From Acidimicrobiales bacterium (lineage in GTDB: Bacteria; Actinomycetota; Acidimicrobiia; Acidimicrobiales; Bog-793), in the NCBI GenBank assembly GCA_050008715.1, contig JBEKMC010000005.1, positions 2,473-66,472 of the forward strand: a DNA stretch of 64,000 bases, written 5' to 3'. A program made the position numbers and the translations under genes. The notes under the pieces are model-generated. The model was not told the DNA's origin. It was given only the letters and a program-made list of their open reading frames with translations, and did no database searches. This document shows positions 39,659-49,020 of this stretch, one piece after another. Position 1 is the stretch's first letter. Each line of letters begins with the position of its first letter.

Positions 39659-40237
39659 CTACGGGATGCGGCGCCCCGAGTACGCCGCCAGCTTGTCCAC
39701 GGCCCGTGCGTCGGATCCACACTCGACGACGGCGGCGAACGGGATCTCACCGCCCCGTGGCTCCGCCGGGAGCATCTGGAGAGTGAAGTCGTGAATAGCT
39801 GCGGCAAGATCGTCGTCGAGCAACGCTTCCTGGCCGGTTGCCGTAGCGATGTCCCACGTGTGCAATACCGACTCCAGCGTGTAGATCTGAACAACAGCGG
39901 CGCCGGGTAACGTCGCCCACGGAAGCGTGATCATCCGCCCGAGCAGGTCATCGTCCGCGACGGCGGCAAGTGCCCTCTCCCTCGCCGCTTCGAACGCCGC
40001 CGCGAAACCCCCCTCCGGCTCCTCACTCGTCTCCGGTATCTCCGGCGTCTCCTGTTCCGAGAGAGCCAGGCCGACCCTGTCCACTGCGCCGGTCAAATGG
40101 TTGATGACTGCGGCGACGTTGTATTCAACGCAAGGAGTCGCGTCGGCAAGCTGGCCCGGCTTGACGCCGGCAATCACCGCCGCAGCCTGGGCAAGGGAGC
40201 GGGCCAAGTTCTGACGGGGGTCGGGCGCATCGGTCAT
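39659..40237 (-). CDS. TIGR03086-type DinB/MDMPI metal-binding protein
   Basis: TPCVEYNV..NHL, VLHTWDIA, AYSGR. Confidence 0.88.
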   Translation of the reverse strand: MTDAPDPRQNLARSLAQAAAVIAGVKPGQLADATPCVEYNVAAVINHLTGAVDRVGLALSEQETPEIPETSEEPEGGFAAAFEAARERALAAVADDDLLGRMITLPWATLPGAAVVQIYTLESVLHTWDIATATGQEALLDDDLAAAIHDFTLQMLPAEPRGGEIPFAAVVECGSDARAVDKLAAYSGRRIP

Positions 40238-40296
40238 TTGCGTTGCCTCACTTTCGAAGTGGGTTCGACGACGCCGTCACCATAAGACATATAAGT

Positions 40297-40328
40297 GGAC
40301 ACCTAATGTCCTATTTCCCCCGTATCCT
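40297..40328. promoter_or_regulatory. Putative WYL operator and leaderless -10 box
   Basis: GGACA-N5-TGTCC at 40297-40311; TATCCT at 40323-40328, 6 nt before ATG 40335. Confidence 0.55.
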
Positions 40329-40334
40329 GAAAAG

Positions 40335-41330
40335 ATGCGAGCCGAGCGACTCGTCGCCATCGTCCTACTCCTTCAGACACATCGTCAGCTCAGTGCCGGC
40401 GACCTCGCCGCGCGCCTCGAAGTGTCCGAGCGCACGATTCGGCGTGACCTCGATTCGCTCTGCTACGCCGGCTTGCCGCTCTACAGCCAGCGCGGGCGGG
40501 GTGGGGGTTGGGCGCTCCTCGACGGCCACAAGATCAACCTTTCCGGCATGACGGCATCTGAGGCACAGGCTCTGTTGCTCGTCGCCGGGCCCCAGGCGCT
40601 GGCGGACCTAGGGGTTGAGGAGGGCGTCCGCTCGGCGCTGCGCAAACTCCTTGCAGCCTTGCCTGAGCCCACGAGAGAGCGGGCGCTGCTGGCCCAGGCA
40701 GCGGTCCATGTCGATCCGGCCAAGTGGGGCCGGCAATCTGAGCCGGCACCACTGCTCGCCAAGCTGCGAGATGCCGTCGTCAACGGCCTGGAGATCGAGA
40801 TGACCTACACAAAGCCGGCGGCGCACCCGACGAAGCGACTCCTGGACCCCTATGGCCTGGTCGCCAAGAACGGCGTTTGGTACCTCGTGGCCGGCGGGCA
40901 GTCCGGGGTAAGGACCTTCCGGGTGTCCAGAGTGAGCGACGTGGAGGCGACGGGCCGCAAGGCGGAAAAGCCGGAGGGTTTCGATTTGGAAGCCACCTGG
41001 GAAGCCGTGACACGGCGGATGACCGAGCGGATGCCGGCGCTCGAAGTTGACTTCACCGTTCATCCCGACGCAGCGAGGTGGGTAGAAACGTCGATGGCCT
41101 GGCTGATCAGTGTCGAGAAGTTGGACGCCGCCGGCGACACGGTCCGCTACAGGGCAGCCTTCCCGAGCGCTGCAGCGGCTGCTGCCGAGCTCGCTCGCTT
41201 CGGCGACCAGGTGACGATCGTGTCGCCGACCGAGGTGAAGATCGAGCTCGCCCGCCTGGGGCGTGCTCTCCTGGCCGCCAACGACTCAGGTGGCGTGACA
41301 CTTACCGGCGGATATCCCTTAACTGTATAA
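40335..41330 (+). CDS. HTH-WYL transcriptional regulator (YafY-like); last codons supplied by the IS
   Basis: MRAERL..VSERTIRRD, GRGGGW, VWYLVA, FRVSRV. Confidence 0.93.
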   Translation: MRAERLVAIVLLLQTHRQLSAGDLAARLEVSERTIRRDLDSLCYAGLPLYSQRGRGGGWALLDGHKINLSGMTASEAQALLLVAGPQALADLGVEEGVRSALRKLLAALPEPTRERALLAQAAVHVDPAKWGRQSEPAPLLAKLRDAVVNGLEIEMTYTKPAAHPTKRLLDPYGLVAKNGVWYLVAGGQSGVRTFRVSRVSDVEATGRKAEKPEGFDLEATWEAVTRRMTERMPALEVDFTVHPDAARWVETSMAWLISVEKLDAAGDTVRYRAAFPSAAAAAAELARFGDQVTIVSPTEVKIELARLGRALLAANDSGGVTLTGGYPLTV

Positions 41331-41360
41331 GTGCAGGTAATAGGGTTCCCTTGGAGGGAG

Positions 41361-41522
41361 ATGGAACAGGAACCGACCACGAACGGCCACACGCAGGAGA
41401 CGCAGCCCAAGAAGGGCAAGCCTGCCCGCATCCCGGTACCGAAGCGGAAGGACGTCTTCCGTGACTTCTCCAAGGTGGCGAAGCCAAGGAAGCGACCCTC
41501 ACGGGACGAACCCGGCAAGTAA
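41361..41522 (+). CDS. Small basic IS passenger ORF (53 aa)
   Basis: GGAGGGAG RBS; IPVPKRKDVFRDFSKVAK. Confidence 0.55.
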   Translation: MEQEPTTNGHTQETQPKKGKPARIPVPKRKDVFRDFSKVAKPRKRPSRDEPGK

Positions 41523-41536
41523 GGGCAGCCGTTCGT

Positions 41537-41707
41537 TCACAGAAGGTCGATGGACAGGTGGGTGTCGGCAGCCTCTTTCGCTTCTCGCTCCGTTCGATAC
41601 CGCCGCCCACCGAACGAAGCAGCACCGCAAATGCAGCGCCACTCCCATAACGACCGACGCCACGGTCTGCGCCTCTCCACGATCTCGATGGCGTGGGATT
41701 CGCTCAT
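41537..41707 (-). CDS. Small putative zinc-binding IS passenger ORF (56 aa)
   Basis: ATGA overlap with transposase stop; H..WRCICG..H pattern. Confidence 0.5.
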   Translation of the reverse strand: MSESHAIEIVERRRPWRRSLWEWRCICGAASFGGRRYRTEREAKEAADTHLSIDLL

Positions 41708-42707
41708 CTGCTCATCAGGGCGGCGCGGCAGATCAAGTCCTGGAACAACTGCTTGCGGTTGTTGCCCCTGCCACCAGGGCCGCGGCGGTTGTACCGCCAC
41801 GCGTACTCGTTCAGATACCCCTGGAGCCAGTTCTCGGAGACGTGGAAGTGAGTACCCGAGATGCCTCGCTTCACCAGCGACCAGAAGCCGTCGATGGTCT
41901 GCGTGTGGGTATCCCCGCTCGCGTAGACGGCCGCCGAGTACTGAATCTTCTGGTGGCACCAGCCCTCTTTCTCCAGGTGGTCGTAGATGCGAGCGTCGTC
42001 CGTGTAGAGCTTCGTCCCTGGCTCAATGTCCACCAGGATGTACTTCTGGCCGGCGAGCAGCATCTGGCGAGGCACGACGTAGGCCCTGACACTTCCGCCA
42101 CGCTCGACCATGCCGAAGACGGGCACCTTGTGGGCCTTGGACCACTTCTGCGCGGCGACCTTGCGAAGGGCAGCATTCGCCCACGCGGCACGGTCCGACT
42201 GCCGTGGCTTGCGGCCTACGTACATCTCGTCCATCTCGACTTCGCCGCGAAGCTGCCCTCGTCGTCGTCCTGAGTCATCAGTTGGTTGCGAATGAGCGTG
42301 AACATGCGCCACGCCGTCTTGTAGGTCACGCCCAGCTCGCGCTCCAGTTGCTTGGCAGAGATGCCGCACCGAGTGCTGGTCATGAGGTACATCGCGTAGA
42401 ACCAGAGCTGGAGCGACGTGGACGACTTGTGAAAGATCGTTCCGGCTGTCGGGTGGACGTGGTGCCCACACTGAGTGCAGGTCCACGACTGGCGCTGCTG
42501 CTTCGTCTCGTACCGCTTGAAATCGGTAAGGCACTCACACTTCTCGCATTGCGCCTCAGTACCGGCGTCGCTGGTCGCGTAGCGAGTGCGCCACAGCCAG
42601 ACGAGGCAAGCCTCTTCATCAGGAAAGTCACGGTTGAACTCCACCAGCGAATACGAAGATTCGGAGGCGACAGACACCGTGGGCGACTTGCGATTGCCGG
42701 GCGCCAT
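41704..42707 (-). pseudogene. IS1595 transposase split by a frameshift near 42255
   Basis: Zn ribbon and HTH (CEKC..CTQC, TAGTIFH, YKTAW) in one frame; VEMDEMY, YTDD, HTQTIDGFWSLVKR in another. Confidence 0.88.
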
Positions 42708-42757
42708 GAGAACATTATGACACGCTGCACTTATACAGTCAAGGGATATCCGCCCAC

Positions 42758-44167
42758 TTACCTGACGATCGCCCGCTGCACACGATCGGCAAGAGCTGCC
42801 GGTGTCGGACCGACAGCCACCGTGGGAGGCAGCCGCGGAACCCAGCTTGCTATTCCCAGTATCAGTAGCAGCGCCAGGCCAATGCGGCGGTGGAGTGCCA
42901 GTCGCCCGCCCGCCGACGCGCGTGCCCCCTGCCGGAGTCCGTCAACCAAGAGCGGAACCGCCATGGCGACTGCTAAAGATACATAGAGCCCGAATCGCAA
43001 CGGTACAAACTCACCACCGAGCGGCATGTGTGTCAGAGCTGCCTCCGGGAGAGGAAACCGATGTCCCCCGATCAGTAACTGCGGACCTAGAGCTAGCACG
43101 GCGGCGGCGGCTGCGACGGCGCACCAAGCAGCCGCAACAGTGGAGCAGCGGGTTCGCCAGAGTCCCCATATCAAGAGAATAAGGATTGGTATTCCGACGT
43201 AGAGGCCCTCCTCGACCACCCCGAGACCCTCGACTGTCTTGAGGCCGACAAATCTCGAAGAGTTCGGCGACACGAAGTTCAGAAGAGTGCCCGCGTGCGT
43301 GGCAGGATCGATCGTTTGACGGATGATGCGGCCAGGCAGCCTGAGCATGCCCCACAGAAGGAAGCCAACATACGGGAGGACGGTGGCAATCCCGATAACA
43401 GTCGTCTGCGTTGCTCGCTTCCACCAACTTCTCCAAGTGGTGCGATGGTAGAGCCCACAACACACGGCGAGCACACCGGTCATGAGGGCGAGACTCCCGA
43501 ACATCTCGGTTGAGATCAGAAGAACCCCGAGCCAACACGCACCCAACGCCAGCCCAGCTCGAGCGACGTTCCATCGCCGTCTGCCCCAAGCCTCATGTAG
43601 GGCGATGGCCGATAGGGGCAGAGTCGGAAATACCGCAAGTGACGGGTGCGCCAAGCTTTGTCCGTAGACGTACGGCGAAGCCAAGAGCAGGAGGCCACCG
43701 AATATCCCGAGAGCCCGACTCTTGACCCAGTGGCACACGGATAGGTACCCCGCCCACGCCGTAGCCGCCATGCCGAGCGTCATGACGACGTTGTAATCGA
43801 GCGCCGGGCCTCCGAGAAGAAGAAAGGGCCACCCAAAGAGGCCGAGGAGAGGCGACAAGGGATTCCAGGCGATGTCCGACCCGGTCGGGAACGAAAGAAC
43901 CCGGCTATAGAGAGGATCGATATGGTGGGTCAGAGCATGCGGTGTCCACGCCAGCAGCCACATCGCGCTGACGTTGTCACCCGTAGTGAGCCCGCCAAGA
44001 CCAGCGATCACGGATGTTGGATGTGTCCACACCCGGTACTGAAAGAGACCGCTGACGACGATGTAGCCAGCCAATATCAGGACACTTGACTTCCAGGATC
44101 GAGTGACTCCATCCCCAGGATTGCCACCCGCTTCAGGCGAGGTATCCGGATCCAAAGGTCGACTCAA
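42758..44167 (-). CDS. Multi-TM GT-C-like glycosyltransferase / membrane protein
   Basis: GD..MWLLAW, YNVV, SPY, STE, EEGLYVG, VPLRF; visibly lower GC. Confidence 0.65.
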   Translation of the reverse strand: MSRPLDPDTSPEAGGNPGDGVTRSWKSSVLILAGYIVVSGLFQYRVWTHPTSVIAGLGGLTTGDNVSAMWLLAWTPHALTHHIDPLYSRVLSFPTGSDIAWNPLSPLLGLFGWPFLLLGGPALDYNVVMTLGMAATAWAGYLSVCHWVKSRALGIFGGLLLLASPYVYGQSLAHPSLAVFPTLPLSAIALHEAWGRRRWNVARAGLALGACWLGVLLISTEMFGSLALMTGVLAVCCGLYHRTTWRSWWKRATQTTVIGIATVLPYVGFLLWGMLRLPGRIIRQTIDPATHAGTLLNFVSPNSSRFVGLKTVEGLGVVEEGLYVGIPILILLIWGLWRTRCSTVAAAWCAVAAAAAVLALGPQLLIGGHRFPLPEAALTHMPLGGEFVPLRFGLYVSLAVAMAVPLLVDGLRQGARASAGGRLALHRRIGLALLLILGIASWVPRLPPTVAVGPTPAALADRVQRAIVR

Positions 44168-44196
44168 TTCGCGTCACCTCCGAGCTCCGTGACGAG

Positions 44197-45093
44197 TCAG
44201 CTGGACCTGAGCGCCGGCAAGTCTTCCGACACGAAGGCGAGTAGCTCGTCGATTGAGCGTTCGGGTCCACCGACCGGCGGCCAGCCGGTCGCGATGCACT
44301 CGTCAAAGCCGAGCTCGGACATCCGTGTCACCAGCTCAGCCAGCTCTTGCCTGTTGGTTGGCTCCATGCCGGCAACGAAGTCGAAGACGATCGACTTTCC
44401 CACCTCGCCACTCCGGCCGTGCAGGGCGCAGCGCTCCTCGAACTGCTCGATCAGACGGCCAAGGGCCCCGTCGAGATCGTCAGCGGTTTCCACGCCGGGT
44501 GGGTAGTAGAGGTTCCACTGATCGCCGAGCCGCGCGGCCAGGTCGATCAAGCGGGGCCCCTGACCGCCGATGATGATCGGAGGTCGAGGGACTTGCACGC
44601 ACGGAGTCGACAGAAGCACCGACTCTGGCGATTGGCGGCCTGGTGTCATCGGTACTGCCGCCAACGGCAGGGGCTCGCCGTCGAGGAGCTTGATCAGGGA
44701 GTCGAGGCCCTCCTCGAGACGGTCGGCGAGCGCCGGGCCCCGCTCGAATACCGAGCTCGCTGAACGACATACGGACGCGCCTCCCATACCGAGACCAAGG
44801 TTGAGCCGTCCGTTGCTGATCCCGTCGAGCGTCGTGGTGAGGCGCGCCATTCGTAGCGGCGAGTGCAGTACGAAGTTGGAGACGAGCGGCCCGATCCGAC
44901 ATCGGCTCGTTGTCACCGCCATGGCAGCGAGCAGGGTCCAGCCGTCGAACCAGAGGGAGTTGACGTCGAACGGGTTTGCGAGGTGGTCGGCGACCCAAAC
45001 CGAATCCGCGCCCGCTTCGTCGAATCGCCGGGCCCAATCGAGCACCTCAGCCGGTGAGTGATCTTGGGCGAGCAGGACGCCGAACGAGGTCAT
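44197..45093 (-). CDS. LLM-class flavin-dependent oxidoreductase
   Basis: SVWVADH, DGWTLLAAMA, SNGRLNLGLG, PPIIIGG. Confidence 0.9.
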   Translation of the reverse strand: MTSFGVLLAQDHSPAEVLDWARRFDEAGADSVWVADHLANPFDVNSLWFDGWTLLAAMAVTTSRCRIGPLVSNFVLHSPLRMARLTTTLDGISNGRLNLGLGMGGASVCRSASSVFERGPALADRLEEGLDSLIKLLDGEPLPLAAVPMTPGRQSPESVLLSTPCVQVPRPPIIIGGQGPRLIDLAARLGDQWNLYYPPGVETADDLDGALGRLIEQFEERCALHGRSGEVGKSIVFDFVAGMEPTNRQELAELVTRMSELGFDECIATGWPPVGGPERSIDELLAFVSEDLPALRSS

Positions 45094-45257
45094 CGCCGGA
45101 TGCTAAGCGCAGGACGGCCGGACGGGGACACCGGGCAGTTCGTCGCGGCGGCCGGGACGAGGAGACTGGACGCGAACGCCTCGTTGTTCGGGGGTCTGTT
45201 CGAGGAGCATGGTGAGCGCTCTTCCGCCCCACGCCCTCAGCTGGTTGAATCGGGCTC

Positions 45258-45659
45258 ATGAGTCCACAGGTGAACCTCGATTCTGTACGTACCTTTCTCG
45301 AAAGGCCGAGCCGCGCAGTACTCGCAACTCTCGGACCGACTGGTGGGCCCCACCTGGTGGTGGTCGACTACCTCGTCGTCGACGATGCCGTCTTGCTCAA
45401 CGGGCGACTCGACCGGCGTTGGGTGGCCAACCTCCGCCGAGACCCTCGTGCCACGGCGTTAGTCCACGATCTTCACGTCGTGCAGCATTGGGTGAGCATC
45501 GGCGGGTCGGTCGAGCTCGTGCGCGAAGGCGACGACGCCTCCGTCGAGGACGCCAAGACGCTGGCGCGGCGCTACGGGGACGATCCCGAGCTGTTCAACG
45601 GACAACACCGGGTCACGTGGCGCCTTGTCCCTGAGCGAGTCTTCGAAAGGACCATCTGA
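45258..45659 (+). CDS. PPOX-class (putative F420-dependent) oxidoreductase
   Basis: AVLATL..G.PH, NLRRDPRA. Confidence 0.85.
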   Translation: MSPQVNLDSVRTFLERPSRAVLATLGPTGGPHLVVVDYLVVDDAVLLNGRLDRRWVANLRRDPRATALVHDLHVVQHWVSIGGSVELVREGDDASVEDAKTLARRYGDDPELFNGQHRVTWRLVPERVFERTI

Positions 45660-46302
45660 GGGCTGGCAAGGCGGCGCTGGACGATCTGTGACTCAGAAAC
45701 GCGCCGACATTGACAGGGAGGGTCGGCGCACGATGGGCGCTCGCCGGTCGTCCTGTGTCGGCATCGACATGGGGAGCTGCGGGATCACTCGACGCGAGCC
45801 TCTGCTTCCATCGCTCTTCCTTCTGGCCGGGACGCCGCGGAAGTTTCTGCACGAGCGACTCAGGCAGGCCGCTCATCGTGTCGAGCTCCGCCTCCACGGC
45901 GGCGATCGAGTCGAAGGTCGTCATCCGCTCGGTCCGTGCCCTCAGCTCTCCGCTGGTCTGGGGACCGCGCAACAAGAGGACGGCCACGAGGGCGAGTACC
46001 CGCTCGTCGAGGCCTTGCTGCTCGTCGAGGACGTGGCGATATCTGGTCACCGACCGGCCATGGGAGGGGTGCACGAAGTGAACCAGCCCGGCGGCCTTCA
46101 GTGACGTCACGGCCTGCTCGACGAGGTGCTCGTCGTAAGCGACCACCGGGTCGCGATTGGAGGACTGGTTGCACGCCGAGACCAAGGCGTTCAGCGTGAG
46201 GGGGTACTGCTGCGGCATAGTCAGCTGCTTCTCGATGAGGCAGCCGATCACCCGTCCCTCCGTGAGACTCAGGCGCACGCGCAGAGCATACGGCTGGCTC
46301 AC
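45613..46302 (-). CDS. YceH/DUF480 family protein
   Basis: E.RVIGCLIEK..PQQYPLTLNAL..ACNQSSNRDPV, LLLRGPQT.GEL; C-terminus looks aberrant. Confidence 0.88.
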   Translation of the reverse strand: MSQPYALRVRLSLTEGRVIGCLIEKQLTMPQQYPLTLNALVSACNQSSNRDPVVAYDEHLVEQAVTSLKAAGLVHFVHPSHGRSVTRYRHVLDEQQGLDERVLALVAVLLLRGPQTSGELRARTERMTTFDSIAAVEAELDTMSGLPESLVQKLPRRPGQKEERWKQRLASSDPAAPHVDADTGRPASAHRAPTLPVNVGAFLSHRSSSAALPALRWSFRRLAQGQGAT

Positions 46303-46452
46303 AAGTGACGGCAGTCCGGCGATTGGTCACTGAGGCCGACACCCGAACGTCGTGGCGAGCGTTGACGTCGCCGAGTTCCAGCACCCGACTGTTAACATTG
46401 AAACTTGCCATGGGCTTCCCCATGGTCGTCGGTTGTTCGACTGAAATCGACG

Positions 46453-46477
46453 GCGTTGCTCCGGACCCCGGCCGCGC
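46453..46477 (+). repeat. Dispersed hairpin motif, copy 1
   Basis: GCGTTGCTCCGGACCCCGGCCGCGC. Confidence 0.75.
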
Positions 46478-46579
46478 TTCAGCGTGAGACACCGGAGGTT
46501 CGAAGATGAGCACGCTTGTCGTGATGGTCGCGGCGCTCGTACTGATCGGCCTGGCGATGTCGCTTCGCATCGGGCAGCA

Positions 46580-47305
46580 GTGATCGGTAGGCGGCGTGAA
46601 CGGATTCTGAGTCGGCTCGTCGGCATCGGGGCTCCCGCCCTCGAGACGAACCGGCTCTGCGAGGTCTGCGCCGAAGTGACGAACACGAGCGGGGCAGGGA
46701 TCATGCTCATGTCCGGTGACTTGCCACGTGGATCGTTGTGCACGACCGACGCGGTAAGCGCTCTCATCGAGCAGCTGCAGTATGACCTCGGGGAGGGTCC
46801 GTGCGTGGACGCCTACAAAGAGGACCGACCCGTGCTCGAACCTGACCTCGCTCGTCCGAGCACGATCAGGTGGCTCGCTTTCGCCCCGCCTGCAGTCCAG
46901 GCAGGTGTCCTCGCCGTCTTCGGCTTCCCGCTGCAGGTGGGAGCAGTCCGCCTCGGGGCACTCAACCTGTACCGCAACAGTCCGGGGCCGCTCAGTGACG
47001 AGCAGCATGCCGACGCCCTCGTCCTATCAGACGTCGCCGCTCAGACGATCCTCGTGCTTCAGGCAAACGCCCCGCCGGGCAAGGTGGCAGCCGAGCTCGA
47101 GGAGGGCGCCGATTTTCAGTACGTGGTGCACCAGGCCTCCGGCATGGTGGCCGCCCAGCTCGAGGTCAGTGTCGCACAAGCGCTCATCCGGCTGAGGGCC
47201 TACGCCTTCGGCAACGACCGTCGCCTCGCTGAGGTGGCCGACGACGTGGTGGGCCGCACGCTCCGCTTCGACGCGGCAAGCGGCGCGAAGGATCCCTCCC
47301 CGTGA
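46580..47305 (+). CDS. GAF-ANTAR domain protein
   Basis: GEGPCVDA, GALNLY, VHQASGMV..A...LRAYA; start estimated. Confidence 0.9.
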   Translation: MIGRRRERILSRLVGIGAPALETNRLCEVCAEVTNTSGAGIMLMSGDLPRGSLCTTDAVSALIEQLQYDLGEGPCVDAYKEDRPVLEPDLARPSTIRWLAFAPPAVQAGVLAVFGFPLQVGAVRLGALNLYRNSPGPLSDEQHADALVLSDVAAQTILVLQANAPPGKVAAELEEGADFQYVVHQASGMVAAQLEVSVAQALIRLRAYAFGNDRRLAEVADDVVGRTLRFDAASGAKDPSP

Positions 47306-47428
47306 GAGGCCACCGCAGGAAGCGGCGCCAGCGGTTTCTACGCCCTGTCCGTTCTACACTGGCACTTCCGGTCGGGCTTCTAGGGCAAGGCCAGGAAGAT
47401 GGCTCAGGCCGACCGAAGTGGAGATCCG

Positions 47429-48169
47429 ATGCCCAGAGAAGCGCTGCTCGCGAGGACGCTCGTCGAACTGGCCGACACCCTCGTGGCGGACTTCGACGTG
47501 GTCGAGCTGCTGACACGGCTTGCCGATCGCTGCGTCGAAGTGCTCGACGTCGGAGCGGCCGGACTCATGTTGGCGGCGCCTGACGGCGACCTGCGAGTGA
47601 TGGCCTCCTCGTCGGAGGCCATGCGCCTCTTGGAGCTATTCGAGCTTCAGTCTCGAGAAGGTCCCTGCCTCGACTGCTATCTCACCGGTCAACCGGTAGT
47701 GAACCAGAACCTCGCCATCGTCAACGGCCGCTGGCCCCGATTCGCCCCCGAAGCGCTCGCCGCCGGCTTCCGTTCCGTCCACGCTCTGCCGATGCGACTC
47801 CGCGGGTCCGTCATCGGAGCCCTCAACTTGTTCCATGTCGAACCCGGTGAGATGCGACCAGATGATGTCGAGGCGGCGCAGGCTCTCGCCGACGTCGCCA
47901 CCATCGCCATCCTTCAACACCGGGCTACTCTCGAAGCTCAGGTCCTCAACGAGCAGCTCCACCATGCCCTCAACAGTCGCATCGTCATCGAGCAAGCCAA
48001 GGGAATGGTCGCTGAGCGCGAAAACCTCGACATGGAGCAGGCGTTCTTCACGTTGCGCAACCACGCCCGCAACCACAACCTTCGCCTCGTCGAGGTCGCG
48101 GGCGCCGTGATCGCCGGCTCGCTGCCGGTGTCAGCGCTCGATCACCCCCGTCGGGCGAAGCCGTCGTAA
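47429..48169 (+). CDS. GAF-ANTAR domain protein
   Basis: ELADTLV.DFD, EGPCLDC, LNSRIVIEQAKG. Confidence 0.93.
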   Translation: MPREALLARTLVELADTLVADFDVVELLTRLADRCVEVLDVGAAGLMLAAPDGDLRVMASSSEAMRLLELFELQSREGPCLDCYLTGQPVVNQNLAIVNGRWPRFAPEALAAGFRSVHALPMRLRGSVIGALNLFHVEPGEMRPDDVEAAQALADVATIAILQHRATLEAQVLNEQLHHALNSRIVIEQAKGMVAERENLDMEQAFFTLRNHARNHNLRLVEVAGAVIAGSLPVSALDHPRRAKPS

Positions 48170-48665
48170 CACTGCCGGCGAGACGCGCGGGTCCGTTCCA
48201 GCTTGAGCGGAGCCGTGTCGCAAGACCATAACCACCAGCTCTGGCACTTGCCTCACCTCGGTATACGTCTTATCGAATGATCTGGCGTTGGCCAACCACG
48301 TCGGAATCGCCTTCTTAGATTCGGATTTGGCGTTGCCCGACTGGCCACAGCGATCGCGGGCGATGCCCTCCACGATCTGCCTACTCCCGGTTGCGGGAGC
48401 GCCGACATCGGTGACGGCGACGAGAGCAACCGGCGGGCGAGAGGTGGCGTGGCCTCTTGCGGCGCCGCTCGTGGTGACCACGGCAGCCACGATTGCGCCA
48501 ACGAGGAGGACGATCACCAGGAAGACCGGTCTCAATGACGGTCCAGGGAGTGCACTATCGGCTGCCGGCATGATCAGGGTGATCTGTTCCAAGCAGCCCG
48601 GCCCATCGAGGATCGGGGGGATGGCAGTTGCGCTCACGCGATGCTCCGTTGGTGCTGCGCTGGAG

Positions 48666-48686
48666 TCACCAAGGTCTGGAGCAACG
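48666..48686 (-). repeat. Dispersed hairpin motif, copy 2 (inverted)
   Basis: Minus strand CGTTGCTCCAGACCTTGGTGA. Confidence 0.75.
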
Positions 48687-48826
48687 TGATCGACACGGCA
48701 GCTGCTGCTGCCGTGAATCTCAGATTACGTCACTGCTCGGGGCGCTGACAATTGCGTTGCAGGTACACTCGGGCTCAGAGCCGAAAATGCTTGGCGGCCT
48801 CGCCAGCAAGATCGCCTCGGGCTTTT

Positions 48827-48853
48827 GAGCGTTGCTCCGGACCTCGGTAGCGC
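48827..48853 (+). repeat. Dispersed hairpin motif, copy 3
   Basis: GAGCGTTGCTCCGGACCTCGGTAGCGC, identical to 60159-60185. Confidence 0.9.
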
Positions 48854-49020
48854 ACCCAAGGGTGTACTCCGAATCGAGGTTCGTTGATAAGCCAGGATCA
48901 GCACGAGACCTTTGCGGCGGGTGTCAACCTGCCACGGCTGTGCCCGCTCGCCGCGCAGATGCTGCTGATCGGACCATCTTCACAGCTCGAGGCCAACTCG
49001 ACATCAGTTCTCGGCCGACC

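Larger units (their letters stand above)
41307..42754 (-). mobile_element. IS1595-family (ISXO2-like) insertion sequence, 1448 bp
   Basis: 30-bp TIRs (41307-41336 / 42725-42754, 1 mismatch); 8-bp TSD CACTTACC at 41299-41306 and 42755-42762. Confidence 0.95.

Noticed and set aside
33141-41330. WYL regulators as markers of a phage-defence island
   Set aside because: Both are YafY-type regulators paired with DinB/GNAT genes; no defence effectors nearby
46408-46425. CCATGGG-CTTC-CCCATGG hairpin as terminator or ANTAR site
   Set aside because: No U-tract, 4-nt loop and no partner hairpin; function unsupported
47380-47410. GGGCAA..GGAAGA as a c-di-GMP-I riboswitch
   Set aside because: The second conserved hairpin is missing
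48131-48637. Minus-strand ORF with a TM-like segment (possible start 48571)
   Set aside because: No recognisable family and it overlaps the ANTAR gene end; possibly a fragment, not called as CDS
48679-48837. GAGCAAC...GTTGCTC as an integron attC site
   Set aside because: Does not fit RYYYAAC/GTTRRRY, complementarity extends outward rather than inward, and no integrase is present
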